A stretch of 64,000 bases of DNA from Dehalococcoidia bacterium (GCA_963692995.1 OY843611.1:969395-1033394); one strand, 5' to 3'. Positions 19,113 through 27,986 are shown, counted from the first letter of the stretch. The notes: a model not told the origin generated them from the letters alone. Program-made: numbers and translations.

Positions 19113-19559
19113 ATGTGGGGTATCCAGCGGCAGGACCGTCGCTGGTTCCAACTGTTGACGCTGATTGGCGGGATTGCTGGTTCCATCGGTTTGACCTGGC
19201 TGGAATTGGCGTATGGAACGGATAGCGGCGCTCCCAACACGGCGACACGAAACATTATCCTCGGCATCGGAGCCAGCTTCATCGCAGCCGGATTCGTTGC
19301 CTGGGGGCTGTTGCATACCAAGGAGCTGATTATGGCGATAGCCGACTGGATCAGGGAAGCTACCGAAAGACGCCGGCAACGCGTTCACGATGAGGCTCGA
19401 CGGGAAGGCTTGCGGGAAGGACGTGAGCAAGGACGTGAGCAAGGGTATGCCCAAGGCCGGGCCGACGGTCTCACCGAGGGTTACGACCTGGGTTACGACG
19501 ACTCGAAAAAGGGAAACCCGCACAATTCGCCCCATCCTGAACCCGATGCGTCCGACTGA
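19113..19559 (+). CDS. Small two-TM membrane protein with a charged Gly/Glu/Arg repeat tail
   Basis: GGGAGG lies just upstream of ATG 19113. There are two hydrophobic helices (WFQLLTLIGGIAGSIGLTWL; IILGIGASFIAAGFVAWGLL), then 'REGLREGREQGREQGYAQGRADGLTEGYDLGYDD'. No family assigned. Confidence 0.55.
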   Translation: MWGIQRQDRRWFQLLTLIGGIAGSIGLTWLELAYGTDSGAPNTATRNIILGIGASFIAAGFVAWGLLHTKELIMAIADWIREATERRRQRVHDEARREGLREGREQGREQGYAQGRADGLTEGYDLGYDDSKKGNPHNSPHPEPDASD

Positions 19560-19613
19560 CTTTCCAAACCGGATGAACCCCGACGTTATCAATACGGCAA
19601 AGGAGTCGCCCCA

Positions 19614-20069
19614 ATGCCCATGAACGCGACCGGCGTCTCGCACATCGCTATCTGCGTGCGTGATCTTGACGCCTCCCTCCGGTTTTATTGTGACAAGCTG
19701 GGTATGTCCATCGTCAGCGATGTCATCCAGGACACCACCACCGGGGGCCTGCCCCACGTGTATGCCCACCACCGCGCTACCCGCCGGCAGGTGCGCCTGG
19801 CCTACGCGGACGACGCAAAGCCCACACTAACCATGACCTCCCATCCCGGCGAAGATCCCGACGGCGCTCCCATCAAGCTGGACCAGGTGGGCATCAGCCA
19901 CATCTCCTTCAGCGTTGCCGACCCTAGATCCCTCGCCGAAAACCTGGCTTCTCGAGGCGTGGAACTGGCCGCGCCCATGGACGTGTGGACCAACGCCGCG
20001 GGCCGTGTCAGCAGCTTTTACGTCTACGACCCTGACGGCATCCTGGTCCAATTCGACGCCGGTGTGTAG
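19614..20069 (+). CDS. VOC-family (glyoxalase fold) protein, copy 2 (paralogue of 18596-19054)
   Basis: 'GVSHIAICVRDLDASLRFYCDKLGM...GISHISFSVAD...VYDPDGILVQF'. AAGGAG upstream. Confidence 0.85.
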   Translation: MPMNATGVSHIAICVRDLDASLRFYCDKLGMSIVSDVIQDTTTGGLPHVYAHHRATRRQVRLAYADDAKPTLTMTSHPGEDPDGAPIKLDQVGISHISFSVADPRSLAENLASRGVELAAPMDVWTNAAGRVSSFYVYDPDGILVQFDAGV

Positions 20070-20078
20070 AAGCCGCTA

Positions 20079-20272
20079 GGCCGTGGTTGCAAACTCCGTC
20101 ATTCCCGCGAAAGAACAGCCGGCCCCGTGCCTGACACGGGGTCACCCCGTACTTGATACGAGGCGGGAATCCAGCGAGTACAAAAGCTGGTTTTCCGCTG
20201 GCAGTGATTTTCCGGGTTCCTGCTTTCGCAGGAACGACGGTGCGATTTCCTGTTTCTAAACAGGCCCTAGGG
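20079..20272. repeat. MITE-like composite palindromic repeat, copy A (carries a 54-nt nested insertion)
   Basis: Aligns end to end with 45760-45907: 'GGCCGTGGTTgCAAACtCCGTCATTCCCGCG[loop]CGGGAATCCAGcGAGTAC.AAA..AGCtGGTTTTCCGCTGGCaGTGATTTTCCGGGTTCcTGCTTTCGCaGGAACGACGG...AAACaGGCCCTAG'. It has imperfect terminal inverted repeats (GGCCGTGGTT / AAACAGGCC), CTAG on both flanks, and two internal hairpins. Confidence 0.7.
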
Positions 20273-20296
20273 AAGTGACCTTCTAACGTGGCGGAA

Positions 20297-20761
20297 ATGC
20301 AGAAAATCACGCCGTTCCTGTGGCTCGACGGATGCGCCCGTGAAGCGGCGGACTTCTACGTGTCCACTTTCAGGGACTCCTACATCGTCAGCGTGACTAC
20401 CCTTCCGGTGGGGCCGGGCGCCGGCAGCGCAGTCGTGTCTTGCATGCTGAATGGTCACCCCTTCACCACTTTCGATGGAGTCCCTCCCTTTGAGTTCACC
20501 CCGGCCATTTCCTTTGTTGTCAACTGCGATACCCAAGAGGAGCTGGACCACTACTGGGAGCGCCTTTGCGATGGCGGCAAGCCCATCCAATGTGGCTGGA
20601 TTCAGGACAAGTTCGGCGTTCATTGGCAGATTGTTCCCACGGTTATCCAGGAGTTGCTGGAAGACGAAGCGAAATCGGCTCCAGTTCTGGAAGCCCTGCT
20701 TACCATGGTCAAGATCGACATTCAGCAATTGCTCGATGCGGCATCATACTCACGGGAGTAA
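20297..20761 (+). CDS. VOC-superfamily PhnB/3-demethylubiquinone-methyltransferase-domain-like protein
   Basis: 'MQKITPFLWLDGCAREAADFYVSTF.....NG..F...DG.P.F.FT.AISF.V.C.TQEELD.YWE.L..GG....CGW..DKFG..WQIVP'. The track start at GTG 20288 is also possible. Confidence 0.8.
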   Translation: MQKITPFLWLDGCAREAADFYVSTFRDSYIVSVTTLPVGPGAGSAVVSCMLNGHPFTTFDGVPPFEFTPAISFVVNCDTQEELDHYWERLCDGGKPIQCGWIQDKFGVHWQIVPTVIQELLEDEAKSAPVLEALLTMVKIDIQQLLDAASYSRE

Positions 20762-20763
20762 CC

Positions 20764-21303
20764 ATGTCTCACCACTACGACGACCACGACCACGACAAGC
20801 TTCTGCGGTGGCGGAATGACTTGCGCGACTCCACCATCGACAGCGACGGGTTCCCCGCCATGGCCTTGTTCCTGGTCAAACCCCAGGCCACCGGCGCCCA
20901 CGAAATCTTCCGCCGCTATCGGACCGAGTTCGAGCAGCGTGACGCCAGCTTCGCGCACCTCGTTATCTTCGGAATGCACGGCGTCTCCACCACTGTGAAA
21001 GGGTTGCTGGAACATACCGGCCTGGCTGAGGACGACCTGCCAGTAATGCTGCTCGCGCCGGCCGCCGATCCCTCCGCAGTCATCGCGGTGCGTCTGCCTG
21101 GTGGGGAGAGCCTGGAGGGCGGCGAGGATCCGAACGGCGACGGAGCCTGCGACTATTTGGCTCCCTGGCAGGACGCCCTGGACCGCATCCGAATTACCAA
21201 GGACGGCCGCATCTTGCGCTTGATGGGGGTGCCGGGTCGAAAGCTCAACGGACCGGATTTGCGCGAATTAGCCGCTGCGACGCTGGCCCCTGCCCTCCGG
21301 TGA
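20764..21303 (+). CDS. Hypothetical protein (His/Asp-rich N-terminus)
   Basis: 179 aa from ATG 20764, 2 nt after the stop of the preceding gene (coupled). Codon usage looks coding. No family recognised. Confidence 0.5.
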   Translation: MSHHYDDHDHDKLLRWRNDLRDSTIDSDGFPAMALFLVKPQATGAHEIFRRYRTEFEQRDASFAHLVIFGMHGVSTTVKGLLEHTGLAEDDLPVMLLAPAADPSAVIAVRLPGGESLEGGEDPNGDGACDYLAPWQDALDRIRITKDGRILRLMGVPGRKLNGPDLRELAAATLAPALR

Positions 21304-21423
21304 TGGCGCAAAGCGCCGCATCGGCCCGGCGCGCGCGTTATCTGGTATCATCGACTAGGTTGGCGACAGGCTGCGCCGATTATCTGCAACAAGTTGCCCC
21401 GATTATTCGCAAGGAGCAAGACA

Positions 21424-22278
21424 ATGGCGGACCGGGCTCTCACCATCGATTGTCAAGTACACGCTTACGAGCGGAACCGCCCGGAACGCCCTTGGGTAGG
21501 TTTCCTCACCGGCCCGGACCAAGTCACCGGCGACGACATGATCGCGGCGATGGCCGCCGTGGCAGTGGACGGAGCAATTCTCATTTCGCCGTTCGCGCTT
21601 TACGGCTACGACGCCAGTTACGCCTTGGCGGTGTACGCCCGGCATCCCACCAAGTTCGGACTGGTCCGACCTTTCGACCCAAACTCTCCGGCCATCGAAG
21701 CGGACATGGAGGAGTGGACTGCCACGCCGGGCGTGGTGGGCGCGCGGATCATGCTCGCTAACCTGGATTACGAGGCCGACCATCCCGGGCTGAACGCTAT
21801 CTTGGCTGCCGGTGGGCGCGCTGGCGTACCCGTGAACGTCATGTCGGCCGGCAAGCTGCCCCTGCTGCGGGAACTGGCTCGGCAAAACCCGGCGACGCAG
21901 ATCGTCATCGACCACTTGGGGCTGGCGCAGCCCTTCGACCCGCCACCACCTGCGGAACCCTTCGCTGATCTGCCCAATGTGCTGTCTCTGGCGGAGCTGG
22001 ACAACGTGGCCATCAAGATTTCGGGCGCCGGCACGTTGTCACACCAGCCCTTCCCGTACCCGGACATCAGGGAACCCCTGGGCAGAATATTTGACGCATA
22101 CGGCCTGGAGCGTTGCCTTTGGGGAACGGACTGGACGAGAGCGGTCAACTTGCTGAACTACGAACAAGGGGTGGAGGCATTTCGCGTTTCTGATTGGCTC
22201 TCCGATTCGGACCGGGCCACGCTGATGGGCGGCAGCCTGGCGCGGATCTATGGCTGGTCGCCGGAGGCGGACGCGTAA
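21424..22278 (+). CDS. Amidohydrolase-2 family metal-dependent hydrolase
   Basis: 'IDCQVHAY' N-terminal metal-binding motif, 'VIDHLG', 'LWGTDW'. AAGGAG upstream of ATG 21424. Confidence 0.8.
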   Translation: MADRALTIDCQVHAYERNRPERPWVGFLTGPDQVTGDDMIAAMAAVAVDGAILISPFALYGYDASYALAVYARHPTKFGLVRPFDPNSPAIEADMEEWTATPGVVGARIMLANLDYEADHPGLNAILAAGGRAGVPVNVMSAGKLPLLRELARQNPATQIVIDHLGLAQPFDPPPPAEPFADLPNVLSLAELDNVAIKISGAGTLSHQPFPYPDIREPLGRIFDAYGLERCLWGTDWTRAVNLLNYEQGVEAFRVSDWLSDSDRATLMGGSLARIYGWSPEADA

Positions 22279-22289
22279 GTTGAGCCGGC

Positions 22290-23351
22290 ATGGTGAATAG
22301 ATTTTTAGCCCTCGGTGCTACCCTTCGAAAGGCTGCGGTCAGCTGGTACTTCATCGCGCCGGTCGCCGTCCTTTTGGGGTTGGCCATTGGCGTGTTGGCG
22401 CTGCTCTTAGTATATCCGGGGAAACCCCGGATTGGCGTCGTTGATCTTCCCTTCGTCGTCATCACTGATGATTCCGAGTTCATCATTGGCGAGTTCCTCA
22501 AATACGCCCGGGAAGACGACTCCATCAAGGCCGTCGTGATCAGGATGTCCAGCCCGGGCGGCGGCGCCGCTTCCAGCGAACGACTGTACTATGCCACCCG
22601 GAAGCTCCGTGAGGAAAAGCCGGTGGTCATCGCCATGGACGGCATGATGGCCAGCGGCGGCTATATGATGGCCATGGGCGCAAATTACACCTATGCCCAG
22701 TCGGCGTCTCTGGTCGGCAACGTGGGCGTAATCGCCTCTGCCGGGTCGCTGATCCCGCCTCCGTTGCCAGAGGCAATCGTGACCACCGGGCCCTACAAGC
22801 TCACGGGAGCATCCAGAAGAGACTGGATCGGGTTGGTGAACGAACTGAAGGACGGGTTCGCTCAAATGGTGATGCGAGAGCGGGGAGACCGCTTGCGGAT
22901 CACTGAGGAGGAGTTGACGCAAGGGCGGCTTTACACCGGCGTTGACGCGGTGCGGTTCGGGTTGGTGGATGAACTTGGCGGCCGCGCCGAAGCTATGGAG
23001 AAAGCGGCGGAACTGGCCGGCATCTCCAACTACGGGATCGTGGACGTCAATGCGGAAGTGCTGCGGCAGTTCGTACTCAGGTCTCGCCGGATAGTTGAAT
23101 CCGAATACGACGGCATTTTTCACGACCCCGCATATGCCTCAGGGCAACTGATGATGCAGGAGAACTCGGGCGCAAACGGGTCTCCGGCCGAACCGGTCCC
23201 GGCTCAGAGCAACTCCGAGTTGCACCGGCGGATGGGCAAGTTCATGCTGCTCAATGGTCTCGAAGCGACACAAGAAGACCCGTTACCCGAATTTCCGCTG
23301 GAAATCGGGAATCCGAACATCTATTACCTGTACGTGGGAAATGACTACTAA
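22290..23351 (+). CDS. sppA: Signal peptide peptidase SppA-type S49 serine peptidase with a C-terminal extension
   Basis: N-terminal TM, 'KAVVIRMSSPGGGAASSE', 'MDGMMASGGYMMAMGA', 'TGPYK', 'GRLYTGVDAVRFGLVDELG'. About 90 extra C-terminal residues. Confidence 0.75.
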   Translation: MVNRFLALGATLRKAAVSWYFIAPVAVLLGLAIGVLALLLVYPGKPRIGVVDLPFVVITDDSEFIIGEFLKYAREDDSIKAVVIRMSSPGGGAASSERLYYATRKLREEKPVVIAMDGMMASGGYMMAMGANYTYAQSASLVGNVGVIASAGSLIPPPLPEAIVTTGPYKLTGASRRDWIGLVNELKDGFAQMVMRERGDRLRITEEELTQGRLYTGVDAVRFGLVDELGGRAEAMEKAAELAGISNYGIVDVNAEVLRQFVLRSRRIVESEYDGIFHDPAYASGQLMMQENSGANGSPAEPVPAQSNSELHRRMGKFMLLNGLEATQEDPLPEFPLEIGNPNIYYLYVGNDY

Positions 23352-24657
23352 ACTGCTGGGGGCGTTGTTCCTCCTGCTGGCCTTTGCCGGTATTGCATTC
23401 GGCGCCGGCGCGCTGACTTTTTACCGCGGCGGATACGAGCCGCCGCCGCCGGTTCAGGCCGAATTGCCGGAGCTGAGTTCCCCTGTGGTGCCGGGCAACA
23501 CAGTGTGGGAACCCCCGGTGGCCCGTCGCGGCTCCGGTCTGCTCCTCATCGACGCGCTGCACCGAAACGCATTCAGGCCGGACCATATCTCGCCTTTGCG
23601 TTCCAAGGTGGCCGATCTGGGATACGACGTTGAGTTCCTCGGCGAGTTCGGGAACGTGAACGAAGAGGACCGGCTCTCGCTGCTTGAAGAAAAGCTGCGC
23701 GCGGCGGACAGTTTAGCGGTGATCCTTCCTCGAGCGGACTACACGGCGGCGGAGGCTGCCCTGGTGGAAAGTTTCGTCAGGAAAGGCGGCAAGTTGCTGC
23801 TCGTCTCTGATCCCGGTCTGACCCCGGCCAATAACACATTAGCGGCGCGGTTCGGGGTGAACTTCCAACCCGATTACCTGTACAACCAGTTTGAAAACGA
23901 CCTCAACTTCCAGAACATTTTCGTGAAAGATTTCCAGCCGGGCGAGATTACGGTCGGCGTGAATGCGGTGGCGCTGTACACGGCCGGCTCCATCCGTTCC
24001 ACAGGCCCGGGCCTCGCTTTCACTGACGAGAACACTCAATCATCTTTGCTACAGCACGACGGCGATCTTTCGCCAATGGCTTTCGGCGATACGCGCAACG
24101 TACTGGCATTGGGAGACTTCACGTTCATGGTCCCGCCCCAAAACGCCGCGTTAGACAACGACCGGTTGCTGAGCAACATCGCGCAATACCTCACGGTGAG
24201 CGATCGGGTTTTTGAGCTGGCGGACTTCCCCCATTTCTTCCAAAGCGGCCCGGACAATGCGGTGGATATTCTGCCGACGCGATCCGAGCTGCTGACCAGC
24301 GGCGCTCAGGTGAAGAGCGGTCTGGCGAGCCTCGGTATCACCGCAAACATCAGCGGTGTGGAGGACGTCAGCCGCAACACGGTATTCCTGGGGCTGCATG
24401 AGGACGCTCCCCTGGTGAGCCGGTACTTGCAGGGCGCCGGGGTGAGTGTCGGCGAAGTGTTGACCGCGCCCTTTGTCCCGGACCTGGAGCTGAAGGATAC
24501 CTCGATAACCATATTGGCGCGGGAACAGGAACGCTACGTTCTGATTGTTCTGTCCGAAACTGCTGAAGTCATGGAAAAAGCAATAGAGCGGCTTTGGGAA
24601 GGCGACTTCAGGAACGATCTGGTGAGCGAGTTCGCGGGAGTGAACAACAGTCCATGA
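23341..24657 (+). CDS. Membrane-anchored hypothetical protein, DUF4350/GldG-like by pattern
   Basis: Start ATG 23341 overlaps the sppA end by 11 nt. N-terminal TM 'LLGALFLLLAFAGIAFGAGAL'. 'LLIDALHRN....LRSKVADLGYDVEFL...LAVILPRADYTAAEAALVESFVRKGGKLLLVSDP' resembles the DUF4350 layout. The assignment is tentative. Confidence 0.5.
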   Translation: MTTKLLGALFLLLAFAGIAFGAGALTFYRGGYEPPPPVQAELPELSSPVVPGNTVWEPPVARRGSGLLLIDALHRNAFRPDHISPLRSKVADLGYDVEFLGEFGNVNEEDRLSLLEEKLRAADSLAVILPRADYTAAEAALVESFVRKGGKLLLVSDPGLTPANNTLAARFGVNFQPDYLYNQFENDLNFQNIFVKDFQPGEITVGVNAVALYTAGSIRSTGPGLAFTDENTQSSLLQHDGDLSPMAFGDTRNVLALGDFTFMVPPQNAALDNDRLLSNIAQYLTVSDRVFELADFPHFFQSGPDNAVDILPTRSELLTSGAQVKSGLASLGITANISGVEDVSRNTVFLGLHEDAPLVSRYLQGAGVSVGEVLTAPFVPDLELKDTSITILAREQERYVLIVLSETAEVMEKAIERLWEGDFRNDLVSEFAGVNNSP

Positions 24658-24723
24658 AGACAAGTTGCGTCCTGGATGGGTGGGGTTCTTCGCGGTTCCG
24701 GCATTCGTACCGGAATGGCGAGC

Positions 24724-24753
24724 GCGGATCCGGAAAGAGCGGATCCGGAAAGA
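24724..24753. repeat. 15-bp tandem direct repeat x2
   Basis: 'GCGGATCCGGAAAGA' twice, just upstream of the preferred lipoprotein start (24771), or inside the N-terminal extension if ATG 24654 is used. Confidence 0.8.
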
Positions 24754-24770
24754 CTGGAAGTTTGCTGGCA

Positions 24771-26255
24771 GTGTTTCCGTCAATATTCGAAAAAGGCGGG
24801 GCGCGGCGATACCCCTGGTGCGGGGCGCTGATGCTGGCGTTGGGACTGTGGTCCCTGGCGGCCTGCGCGCAACCCGCCGCCGCGCCGCCGGTAGAGACAA
24901 CGGCGGAACCGCCGCCGGTGGTTGCGCCTGCAAGCCTCTCGGCCGAGATGCTGGCGGCCGTCGATGAGTTCGCCAGCCAGCGAGCTGCGCTGGATGAGGA
25001 GTGGGGGCGGATTCGCGTAGAGTTCGATGAATGGAGTGCCAGGCTGACGGCCTGCCGGCCCAGCTCGATGCACCAGGCGCTCAACGGTTTCGCCATAGAA
25101 TTCAACGGCGTGACGGAACGGGCCCGAAACTTGACCAGGACCCGGACGGCCGGCGAGTTGGCCGATGTCCTTATCGCGGCGGCTGAAGAAGAAGAGGCGG
25201 CGTACCGTCAACTCCGTGACCGTTGGCAACCCAATAATGTAACGTTGTTCGAGGCGGTCGAAACTCAACGGACGGAAGCGGCTCGGGCGCATGCGCAAGC
25301 CGCCGACCGGGCCATCGAACTAAGGGAAACTTTTGAAGATTCTCCTGATGCTGAAACGGTCGAGGAGTTTTCCCTGGCCCTCGACAAAGTCAAGGACGAC
25401 TGGCAAGACCTTCACGACGAGTACACGGAGTTGCGCGAGGAAGCGGAAAGCATCGAAGTTCCGGATGTGCTGGATGGACTGGACGAGCTGGTCCAGCAAT
25501 TGAATGCAGTGATCGATGGGTTGGATGACTTGCCCCACCTGGCCGGCACGGAAAACACGGTGGACGAACTGTTTAGCGCGGCAAAAGCGGAGCGAAAGGA
25601 GTTGCGAATCGCCGCGAAGCCGAAGACCACTAAAACTACCGCGACCATAAGCAGTAGCGGAAGTAGGGCCAGCTACGCCGGCGAAGAGGAGGAGGGGGAC
25701 GAGGAGAACGATGACGAAAATTCCGACACCGGAAGAGTAGAGGTCGAAGAGACTTTGGAACTCCCCGATTTTGCCCAGGCGGACGCAAGCGTAGAAGAAA
25801 GCGAAACGGCGCTGAAGCAGGCTGCCCGCACCTTGCGGAGCATCGCCGATGTGAATGTTGAAAAGAGCCTGGGTGAGCTGGGAACGTTCAACTCAGAGCA
25901 CCGCCCGTTGCGCGACGCATGGGATGATTTTCACCACGCATACAACGACTGGCTGGAAAGTGAAGGCGGATGCAACCGGGCCGACGTCATCAGCGAGTTG
26001 GATCGCTTCAACCTCCGCATGACCACCCTCAGCAGAGACGTGCGCGCGTTGCCGCAAACGGGATTCCTGCTGCCCATGTACACCCTGATGGTGGACGCGG
26101 CAACGCGTGAAGAGACCGCCATGCGCACCCTCCGTTACACCTGGCAACCGTTCACTGTAGATGCTTTCAAGGGCCTCCACGAGCAGCGAATCGTTACCGA
26201 TGGTCTACGCCGGGAGACGGCAATCGGGCTCGAAGAAATGAGGTCTCGATTTTAG
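24771..26255 (+). CDS. Lipoprotein with an internally duplicated helical domain and an acidic linker (hypothetical)
   Basis: From GTG 24771 the N-terminus is (M)FPSIFEKGGARRYPWCGALMLALGLWSLAAC-AQ (lipobox). Alternative starts are ATG 24654 (ATGA overlap with the previous stop) and ATG 24831. Two related ~90-aa segments flank a Glu/Asp-rich linker. Confidence 0.55.
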   Translation: MFPSIFEKGGARRYPWCGALMLALGLWSLAACAQPAAAPPVETTAEPPPVVAPASLSAEMLAAVDEFASQRAALDEEWGRIRVEFDEWSARLTACRPSSMHQALNGFAIEFNGVTERARNLTRTRTAGELADVLIAAAEEEEAAYRQLRDRWQPNNVTLFEAVETQRTEAARAHAQAADRAIELRETFEDSPDAETVEEFSLALDKVKDDWQDLHDEYTELREEAESIEVPDVLDGLDELVQQLNAVIDGLDDLPHLAGTENTVDELFSAAKAERKELRIAAKPKTTKTTATISSSGSRASYAGEEEEGDEENDDENSDTGRVEVEETLELPDFAQADASVEESETALKQAARTLRSIADVNVEKSLGELGTFNSEHRPLRDAWDDFHHAYNDWLESEGGCNRADVISELDRFNLRMTTLSRDVRALPQTGFLLPMYTLMVDAATREETAMRTLRYTWQPFTVDAFKGLHEQRIVTDGLRRETAIGLEEMRSRF

Positions 26256-26292
26256 ATTGCATCGACCGTCATGAGCGGGACTTGGGGGATTG

Positions 26293-27840
26293 TCAAGATG
26301 CGCTCAGATCCTTGCAATTCTGCTGATCCTGAGCATCTTGCTTCCGGCAATTGCGTCGCCTTCGGATCGCTGTCAACGCCAGTAATCCCACCGGGAACGC
26401 CAGGGTAACTATCGAGGCCAGCTCCGAAGCTGCGCCGTCCCCGTGCGCCGCAGCCGCGCCGCAGCCGCCTGATGATGGAGACTGTTCCCCAGCGTCGGTT
26501 TGCCGGGCATCCTGCGTCGGCGGCGCCTCAGCGACGACGGGCATCGGTTTCGGAGTGTACGTTGGCGCCGGTGTCGCGGAGGGAGCCGGCGCCGGAGTTG
26601 ACGGCCCCGTTGCCTCGGTCATCGCAGCCACTGGCGTCGGCGTGTGCCTCCGGGTCGGCAGTACCTGCAAGGGCGGCAGCGGCGGAGTGGACAGATCGCG
26701 CGGGGCCAGTCCGACGTTTTCTCGCCACTGGTTGTCCAGTTCCGGTATCGTAACGCCATAGGCCGCGCTCAACGCCTTCTCGAAGTTGTGAATGGAGCGC
26801 AAAGCCTCAAACAGTTCCACCATTTTCCCCGGCCCATACGTGTCCAGCATATAGGCCACCACGGCGTGGCCCTGCCCGTAATTGCGCAACGTTTCGACGG
26901 GCGTGCCAGCGTAGGTGCGGAGGCTGGACAGGGGCGGCACTCGTTCATTACGGATGGCATCTTGCATATATCGATCGTACTCGTTGCCGGGATTGCGTTC
27001 CGAATAAACGGCCAGGCCTTCGTTGAGCCAGGTGTGCACTTGTCCGTAGGCGCTGCCGGCGGCATCAGCGACCAACAGGTGGGTGAACTCATGGGCTGAA
27101 GTGCTCCGGAGATTGTCGCCGGCGAAGAAATCCATGGAGCCGTCCACCAGCAGAGTTCTCTCGTTGGTGTGAGCCTGCCCCAGGGTTCTGAGCTGCTGTT
27201 GCGCCACTCGGGAAGCGGGCGGAAGCGCCGCCCTCATGTCCTGGTAGTTCGAATAAACCACTATATTCATCGGCTCGGTTAATTCCACGCCCAGAATCGG
27301 CTTCATAAAGTTGTAGGTATCGGCGGCTACGGCCAGCACGGCGTCGGCCCGTTCCTCAGATCGGTCGTTGTGGTGGTAGTAGTACACGTTGATGAGACCT
27401 TCTGAAGCCTTATCCCAATTGAGCCCCCGGTTCAGATAGACAATCACCGCAGGTTCGGTTTCCACAACATTTCCGTCAGCGGTTCGGATGCTGAAATAAT
27501 AAGATAAGCGTGTACCCGTTGGGATGTGCTCGTTAGCGGTCCGGCTTTGGAACAGCGCTTCGCCGGAAATCGCCGAGCCCGGCGCGAACTCCACCGAGCG
27601 ATAAGCGCTGCGACTGGATTGGCCCAGCTTGCGGACGTACACCCGGATCTCCTCGATGGGACTGACGCTTTCAGCGTCGATGTAAAACCTCAGCCCATCG
27701 GGAAATCGGTTCTCCACTCCATGCTGGGTGACCATGACGCTGCTTTGCGCGACAGCTTTTTGCGCCGGCATGGTGGCAATCACGGTGGCAGCTACGATGG
27801 CGAAAATCAGCGCGGAAATGCCAATTAACGATTTATTCAC
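26293..27840 (-). CDS. Secreted MA-clan (gluzincin-like) metallopeptidase-family protein with Pro-rich stalk and C-terminal TM anchor
   Basis: GTG start with a signal peptide 'ISALIFAIVAATVIATMPAQKAVAQ'. 'SAHEFTHLL' (HExxH) is followed about 19 residues later by 'WLNEGLAVY'. The C-terminus reads 'SSGGCGAAAAHG...IVTLAFPVGLLALTAIRRRRN'. Confidence 0.7.
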   Translation of the reverse strand: MNKSLIGISALIFAIVAATVIATMPAQKAVAQSSVMVTQHGVENRFPDGLRFYIDAESVSPIEEIRVYVRKLGQSSRSAYRSVEFAPGSAISGEALFQSRTANEHIPTGTRLSYYFSIRTADGNVVETEPAVIVYLNRGLNWDKASEGLINVYYYHHNDRSEERADAVLAVAADTYNFMKPILGVELTEPMNIVVYSNYQDMRAALPPASRVAQQQLRTLGQAHTNERTLLVDGSMDFFAGDNLRSTSAHEFTHLLVADAAGSAYGQVHTWLNEGLAVYSERNPGNEYDRYMQDAIRNERVPPLSSLRTYAGTPVETLRNYGQGHAVVAYMLDTYGPGKMVELFEALRSIHNFEKALSAAYGVTIPELDNQWRENVGLAPRDLSTPPLPPLQVLPTRRHTPTPVAAMTEATGPSTPAPAPSATPAPTYTPKPMPVVAEAPPTQDARQTDAGEQSPSSGGCGAAAAHGDGAASELASIVTLAFPVGLLALTAIRRRRNCRKQDAQDQQNCKDLSAS

Positions 27841-27957
27841 GTCAGGTGTTCCTTGCGTTGTCTATTCGTTTCCAATACGCCCGGCAGCGGATCAAGGATT
27901 GACGAGACGGGTTCGATGTTTAACCCTTCGAAAGTCCTTGGGAAGAACCGGTCGTTC

Positions 27958-27986
27958 TTGACCATCGACGCTGCTCGGCCTACAAT
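27958..27986 (+). promoter_or_regulatory. Predicted sigma-70-type promoter upstream of mqnA
   Basis: TTGACC, 17 nt, TACAAT. The -35 element overlaps the small palindrome AAGAAC-cggtc-GTTCTT. Confidence 0.45.
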
